From Octopus sinensis (taxonomy: Eukaryota), in the NCBI RefSeq assembly GCF_006345805.1, contig NW_021834890.1, forward strand, positions 1 through 42,209: 42,209 bases of DNA, written 5' to 3'. Shown one piece after another: positions 35,276-42,209 of this stretch; position 1 is the first letter of the stretch, and each line of letters starts with the position of its first letter. Both the position numbers and the translations under genes were made by a program. The notes below the pieces were generated by a model. The model did no database searches. It was not told where the DNA came from and worked only from the letters and a program-made list of their open reading frames with translations.

Positions 35276-36655
35276 TTATCCAATATTCTTACACACACAC
35301 ACATGGGTATATCCAATATTCTTACACACACACACGGGTATATCCAATATTCTTACCCACACACACGGGTATATCCAATATTCTTGCACACACACACGGG
35401 TATATCCAATATTCTTACACACACACACACACAGGTATATCCAATATTCTTACACACACACACACAGGTATATCCAATATTCTTACCCACACACACAGGT
35501 ATATCCAATATTCTTACACACACACACACAGGTATATCCAATATTCTTACACACACACACACGGGTATATCCAATATTCTTACACACACACACACAGGTA
35601 TATCCAATATTCTTACACACACACACAGGTATATCCAATATTCTTACACACACACACAGGTATATCCAATATTCTTACACACACACACACAGGTATATCC
35701 AATATTCTTACACACACACACACAGGTATATCCAATATTCTTACACACACACACAGGTATATCCAATATTCTTACACACACACACAGGTATATCCAATAT
35801 TCTTACACACACACACACAGGTATATCCAATATTCTTACACACACACACACAGGGTATATCCAATATTCTTACACACACACACGGGTATATCCAATATTC
35901 TTACACACACACACACGGGTATATCCAATATTCTTACACACACACATGGGTATATCCAATATTCTTACACACACACATGGGTATATCCAATATTCTTGCA
36001 CACACACACATGGGTATATCCAATATTCTTACACACACACACATGGGTATATCCAATATTCTTACACACACACACAGGTATATCCAATATTCTTACACAC
36101 ACACACATGGGTATATCCAATATTCTTACACACACACACATGGGTATATCCAATATTCTTACACACACACACATGGGTATATCCAATATTCTTACACACA
36201 CACACATGGGTATATCCAATATTCTTACACACACACACATGGGTATATCCAATATTCTTACACACACACACAGGTATATCCAATATTCTTACACACACAC
36301 ACATGGGTATATCCAATATTCTTACACACACACACATGGGTATATCCAATATTCTTGCACACACACACACGGCTATATCCAATATTCTTACACACACACA
36401 CACGGGTATATCCAATATTCTTACACACACACATGGGTATATCCAATATTCTTACACACACACATGGGTATATCCAATATTCTTGCACACACACACATGG
36501 GTATATCCAATATTCTTGCACACACACACACATGGGTATATCCAATATTCTTGCACACACACACATGAGTATATCCAATATTTTTACACACACACACACA
36601 GGTATATCCAATATTCTTGCACACCCACACACAGGCATATCCAATTTTCTTGCAA
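35276..36655 (+). repeat. Minisatellite, ~29-31-bp unit GGTATATCCAATATTCTT(AC)n, about 45 copies
   Basis: Directly visible; unit length varies with the internal (AC)n. Confidence 0.97.
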
Positions 36656-37035
36656 ACAAAACATTCCTTTAGTCTCGAAGGAAATACACTTAAGCAAGAT
36701 GGTTGCAATTCCCAGAATGGTGACATTCCTGTTTCTCTGTCGGTTTATGAAAGGAGTTTCCAGATTCCCCTCCAGGTAAGCGTTGCATGTCCTGAATGTC
36801 CCCTGGAAAAGACTGATCTCAATTCAACTGCAACCAATATTTTAAGGGCACGCTCTTACGTCAGTGTCCTTTCACTGGAAGATGTGAATTTAGATCACTT
36901 TAACCCTTTTGTTACCATATTTCTGTTGAAATAAACTGATTTTGTTTCAATTAACTCTGAAAATAGTCAAGAATTAAGTAAAACAGCTGTTCTCAGGAAC
37001 CCAAATGAACATGAAACATTAATGGAAATTTTTAA

Positions 37036-37399
37036 CTGACCAACCACATGGTTCCGGGTTCAGTCCCACTGCGTGGCATCTTGAGCAAGTGTCTTCTGCT
37101 ATGGCCCTGGGCCGACCAATGCCTTGTGAGTGGATTTGGTAGACGGAAACTGAAAAAGCCTGTCGTATATATGTATATATATATATATGTATATGTGTGT
37201 GTTTGTGTGTCTGTGTTTGTCCCCTAGCATTGCTTGACAACAGATGCTGGTGTGTTCATGTCCCCGTCACTTAGCGGTTCGGCAAAATGAGACCGATAGA
37301 ATAAGAACTGGGCTTACAAAGGATAAGTCCTGGGGTCGATTTGCTCGACTAAAAGGCGGTGCTCCAGCATGGCCGCAGTCAAATGACTGAAACAAGTCA
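37036..37399 (+). mobile_element. SINE family A (head-truncated)
   Basis: Match to 40068-40463. Confidence 0.85.
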
Positions 37400-37593
37400 A
37401 TGATAAATGATAATGAGATCTTTAGAAAATGGAATCTTTATGACGGAACCAGGGTTGAACTCAGCCAAGCATCCTCGCCACAGTCCCCTAATTTTCGACA
37501 AAATTACTTGTGGGGCCAGGATATCCCTCTTAATCCTTGCCTTCCTTTTCCTGAAGAGGAAAGTGTATGTTTTCAGTCATGTCACTCCTCTCC

Positions 37594-37624
<31 letters not shown>

Positions 37625-38349
37625 GAGTGAGAGAGCAGTGCATGCCATCAATGGGTGGTTCGTTCAACATCCTTAAACAACCCTTATTCAGGGATCTTTT
37701 GAGCGAGATGGGTTACTCAACCAGAAGAAAATTCTACCTGGGCCCCACCTGCAAGGTCATGTGCTGTTTATCTTGATATGAGATCACCATGTCATGCACA
37801 TGTGGTTGTGATGCATGTGCCTGGTGGACCCTTATCAGACGGGTAGTCAAGATGGGTATACTGGGCTTCGTATATTTGTGCTTAGAATCAAAAACACTGC
37901 TAAATTACTGAAGACGATTGTATAATTTTAATTATTTTCTTCTCAATATAAAAAGACGACATACACTGCCAACTTTGAGTGAGACTATCTCATACAACTA
38001 ATAATGTTGAGCTTTCTAAATAAGTACATAAAATGGCCGACAAATGCTCAAACAGGTTGCTGATCTCTCATATAATTTATGACATATCTTTGGTTTACTT
38101 CCGGTGGAATCGGTTCCTTTCAGCTTCAAGATTTTCACATAAAAATATAATAAAGTTTTGCAATAATATTTCATTGTGTTCCTTTATTTTAATTGAAAGA
38201 TTTTACAAATTTTGGTAGGGTACCTCTGTGTTGAAAGTGGTTTATCGGGGTAAAATGAGTGATTTTGTAAAGAACCAATTGAGAATATTCTATGTTGCTT
38301 TTAAATTTAGTGAGGTTTTGTTAATGTCATACCACGAGCCACTTTCCTA

Positions 38350-39900
38350 GTAGTGGGTGTTTTTTATGTGCCACCGGTATGAAGGCCAGTCAGGCGGTAC
38401 TGGCATTGACCACATTTGAATGGTGCCTTTTAAATGCCACTGGCATAGGAGCCAGTCAAGCGGCACTGGCACCGATCACGATCGAATGGGGCTTTTTATG
38501 TACCATCAGCACGGGAGCCAGTCAGGTGGCACTGGCAATGATCACACTCAAATGATGCTTTTTATGTGCCACTGGCATAGGATCAGTCAGCCGGAACTGG
38601 CATTGACCATGCTCGAATAGTGCATTTTACGTGCCACCAACACTGGTGCCAATCAGGCAGTACTGTCATTGGCCACGACAATGATTTCACTTGACTCAAC
38701 AGGTCTTCGCAAGCACAATTTATTGCCCAATGGTTGAAGGGTACTCTTAAATGGACCAGTTATACTGCACTGGCATAGGCCACGGTTACAGTCTCACTTG
38801 GCTTGCCGGGTCTTCTCAAGCATAGCATGTCTCCAAAGGTCTCGGTCACTAATCATTGCATCGGTAAGGTCCAACGTTCGAAGGTCGTGCTTTCACTACC
38901 TCATCCCATCATCATCATCATTGTTCGACCGTGGTCGAGACAATGGAATTTACCATGCTACGCCAGACTTCATGGTCCATCATGGCATTATGGAGGTCCT
39001 GTTGCTGGATGCCTGTATCCCTGGAGATTACATCAGGGTAGGAGAGTGTGCGCCCTCTGGTATTGCGAGTAGAAGGCTTCCAGAGGAGAAGAGTAGAAAT
39101 TACCTCTTTTTCAGCTCTACAACAATGTCCAGCAAACTGGACTCTCTTACCTCATCCCTGGTCTTCCTCTTCCACAGGTTCTCTCAACTGCTAGGGTGTG
39201 ACACTTTTTCGCACAGCTGTCCTCATTTGTACGCAACACATGACCATACCAGTGCAGTCGTCTCTCTTGCACACCACATCTGATGCTTCTTATATCCAAC
39301 TTTTCTCTTAGGGTGTTTACACTCTCTCATGTATGCACACTGACATTGCACATCCAGCAGACATACTAGCTTCATTCCTTGCAAGCTTACGTATGTCCTC
39401 AGCAGTCACAGCCCATGTTTCACTGCCATGTAGCATGGCTATTCGCATACATGCGTCATACAGTCTACCTTTTACTCTGGGCAAGAGGCCCTTTGTCACC
39501 AGCAGAGGTAGGAACTCTCAGAACTTTGTCCACGATATTCTTATTCTAGCAGCTACACTCTCACAACATCCACCCCCGCTACTGACTTGGTCACCTAGGT
39601 AACGGAAACTATCGACTACTTCAAGTTTTTCCCCCTAGCATGTGATGGAAGCTGCTTTCTACACATTTTCAGCGTTTATTGCCCCTGAGCATTTGCCACA
39701 CACAAAAACTATCTTTCCAGTTAACTTTCCTTTGATATTGCTGCACCTCTTATGTGTCCATAGCTTACACCTGGTACATCTTCTGGAGTTTCTACCTACG
39801 CCTTTTCTACAAATCAAGCATGGCCTTCTACCTGAAGGGATTTGTTATTTTTCTGTCTTCCTACTTATTACGACTTTGGTTTTTGCTAGATTGACTCTAA
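38350..39900 (-). mobile_element. RTE LINE relic: distal RT region, C-terminus and 3' UTR
   Basis: RVNLAKTKVV…GEKLEVVDSFRYLGDQVSSGGG…LVTKGLLPRVKGRLYDACMRIAMLHGSETWA… with internal stops, then a C-terminus homologous to 24498-24620 and degenerate ~60-bp UTR repeats. Confidence 0.9.
38908..39147 (-). mobile_element. RTE/RTE-X-like LINE 3' fragment, copy 3, nested in the RTE relic
   Basis: 11-bp TSD TACCTCATCCC at 38897-38907 and 39148-39158. Confidence 0.85.
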
Positions 39901-40067
39901 TCGACTTTGATAAAACTTTTCCCAGCTGGTTTGCACACTATGGCAACACCATTGTTATGTTTTCATTATTCTCTGTAACATCCTTTCTTTTCTATTTCAA
40001 ATTCTTTGGTTTTGGGGTGGAACACACTAATTGCTTTTGAAAGAAAATAACCTGTTTCAGAAAATGA

Positions 40068-40239
40068 AGGCGCAGGAGTGGCTGTGTGGTAAGTAGCTTG
40101 CTAACCAACCACATGGTTGCGGGTTCAGTCCCACTGCGTGGCATCTTGGGCAAGTGTCTTCTGCTATAGCCCCGGGCCGACCAATGCCTTCTGAGTGGAT
40201 TTGGTAGACGGAAACTGAAAGAAGCCCGTCGTATATATG

Positions 40240-40270
<31 letters not shown>

Positions 40271-40463
40271 TTGTCCCCCTAGCATTGCTTGACAACCGAT
40301 GCTGGTGTGTTTACGTCCCCGTCACTTAGCGGTTCGGCAAAAGAGACAGATAGAATAAGTACTAGGCTTACAAAGAATAAGTCCCGGGGTCGATTTGCTC
40401 GACTATAAAGGCAGTGCTCCAGCATGGCCGCAGTCAAATGACTGAAACAAGTAAAAGAGAGTA
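40068..40463 (+). mobile_element. SINE family A (full length)
   Basis: AGGCGCAGGAGTGGCTGTGTGG…GACTGAAACAAGTAAAAGAGAGTA. Confidence 0.9.
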
Positions 40464-40489
40464 CTGACAAATATTAATGCCAGGAAGTA

Positions 40490-41930
40490 GTTTGTACGCT
40501 GTGCATTTTAGGCTTGACATGGACGTGCAGAACGACACGAGCGTGTCCTTGACGCCAATTGTAGGTGCCGAGTGTTGACTGAAGATATCGATTCCGATGA
40601 TGACCGGAGCTACATGGTGATCGGCAACAAGGAAATAAGGGTTATAGGCGTTATTTTCAAGTTATAGTTTGCCAGTGAATTAGCCCTTTAATCTCCAGCG
40701 TTGTGTTGCTGACCAAGTTAACTCTAGTGTTATCGGGGTTGACCATTTTTGGTGGTACCGTTGGCTCCATGACACTCTATAATTTAGTCAGGAATGAAAG
40801 AAAAAGGCAGTCACTGTTTTTGCTCATAACTGTGGGATGAGGTCGGCAGCTGGGGAGCTGATGGGAACTTGGGGCTGACCGGAAGAGGAAGGAACAGGAG
40901 TAACGCGATCGAGTTAACCGAGGGCGTCAGACGTGTGAGCACGTTGCTAAGGTAGGGGAGAAGCAGCTGCTATTTGTAGTGTTCGGGTCGGGCTGCGTTG
41001 AAGGGGTCCATTACTGCTGAGAGGTCTCCGTCGAGCGAAGAAAAGGTAGGTGCCCTTATTTCGAATCCCTCGCATATACAACAAGAGAATAGAATTCACG
41101 AGACGCTTGTAATAAGTGAAAACCTTTTTTTTTTTTTTCACTGGAGGTTAACTGAAGGAAGCTTATAACCTTTCTGCTTTTATTTGCTTCAGTCATTTGG
41201 CTGCGGCCATGCTGGAGCACCGCCTTTAGTCGAGCAAATCGATCCCTGGACTTATTCTTTGTAAGCCTAGTACTTATTCTGTTGGTCTCTCTTGCCGAAC
41301 CGCCAAGTGACGGGGACGTAAACACACCAGCATCGGTTGGGGGGGAGCGACAAACACAGACACAAACATATACATACACACAAACACACATATATACATA
41401 TACATATATACGACGGGCTTCTTTCAGTTTCCGTCTACCAAATCCATTCACAAGGATTTGGTTGGCCCGAGGCTATAGCAGAGGACACTTGCCCAAGGTG
41501 CCACGCAGTGGGACTGAACCCGGAACCATGTGGTTGGTAAACAAGCTACTTACCACACAGCCACTCCTGCGCCTATTCATTACATGAATATGTTCTGTTT
41601 TGCAGTCACGTGTCTCCAAGTAAGAAAGGCGAATGGGTGCGCGAGCGGGCGATATTGACTCAATGCCAGCCAAAGGGTTAGACGGGCACAGAGAGCGCGA
41701 ATTTAGAATTTCTTCCCTTATATAAGGGATGGACCTGAAATCCCCGACTTACACGTAAAACCGAAAGCTTCCAGAAGGATCTCGAGGGAAATTACTCTCG
41801 TTACATCCCTTTTCCGTTTTGCTTGCCGTCGTAACCGCCAGGTGTCACTACATCATTCCCCTCTCAGATGAGCAGTCGATAAGCAGAATCATTGTAGCGA
41901 TCCAGGGCAGATACGAAACTAAACGAGGTA
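40490..41930 (-). mobile_element. Highly decayed Gypsy-like LTR retrotransposon gag-protease relic
   Basis: Minus strand YFLVADHHVAPVIIGIDIFSQH (~40570-40640) resembles the retropepsin C-terminal IIGxD motif. RVNLVSNTTLEIKG lies upstream, and LAGIES…IRLSYLE (~41615-41673) weakly resembles a gag motif. Frameshifted, no DTG motif seen. Confidence 0.4.
41177..41574 (-). mobile_element. SINE family A (full length)
   Basis: Reverse complement of 40068-40463. Confidence 0.88.
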
Positions 41931-42209
41931 ACCGAAATATGTACTTGCAAACAAGGAGTAAAATAGAGTAAAAAGTAATTCATGCATCATAATAGATTCG
42001 GAGTATAATTGCAGAGTTTGGCGCAGTAAACCTTTAGCTACACAGCTATGCACATCAAATTAAATGCAAAACATGGAAAATGAAACTACAATGTGAAAAC
42101 ATGCACAGGAACAATGTTTTGAATAACGTTCTTTGAAAAAGAAATAACAAACAGTTTGTGTTGTAATACAAAGTTAAGTGTACATAGTTCTGGATAATAT
42201 TTGTGTGAG

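Noticed and set aside
34981-36779. 563-aa and other long ORFs
   Set aside because: Open in several frames on both strands because the minisatellite lacks stops.
37594-37876. Probable retroelement 3' end with (AAT)n tail on the minus strand
   Set aside because: Single copy in the window with no coding motif; the family cannot be supported from this sequence alone.

Overview
Repeat-dense, AT-rich animal DNA, very likely from an octopus (inferred from the tRNA-derived SINE families, RTE LINE 3' ends with (GAT)n tails and very high microsatellite load). Almost all ORFs in the track are artefacts of repeats. The only convincing host gene is a single-exon CARD-caspase (32701-33645, +) with an intact His/Cys dyad but a non-canonical NTCQV active-site pentapeptide. 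The rest is SINEs, LINE relics (RTE, RTE-X-like, CR1, RLE-type), a non-autonomous Helitron carrying a ~102-bp tandem array, MITEs, a decayed Gypsy-like relic and two minisatellite arrays. The main hidden structure is a set of five unrelated Penelope-like terminal-repeat relics that each carry a type I hammerhead ribozyme fold. Three of them have compensatory core variants (U3-A8 twice, G3-C8 once) that a CUGANGA search would miss, and one sits with a 13-bp TSD about 200 bp upstream of the caspase ATG. An RTE reverse transcriptase relic also carries a C4HC3 PHD-type finger inserted inside the RT domain.
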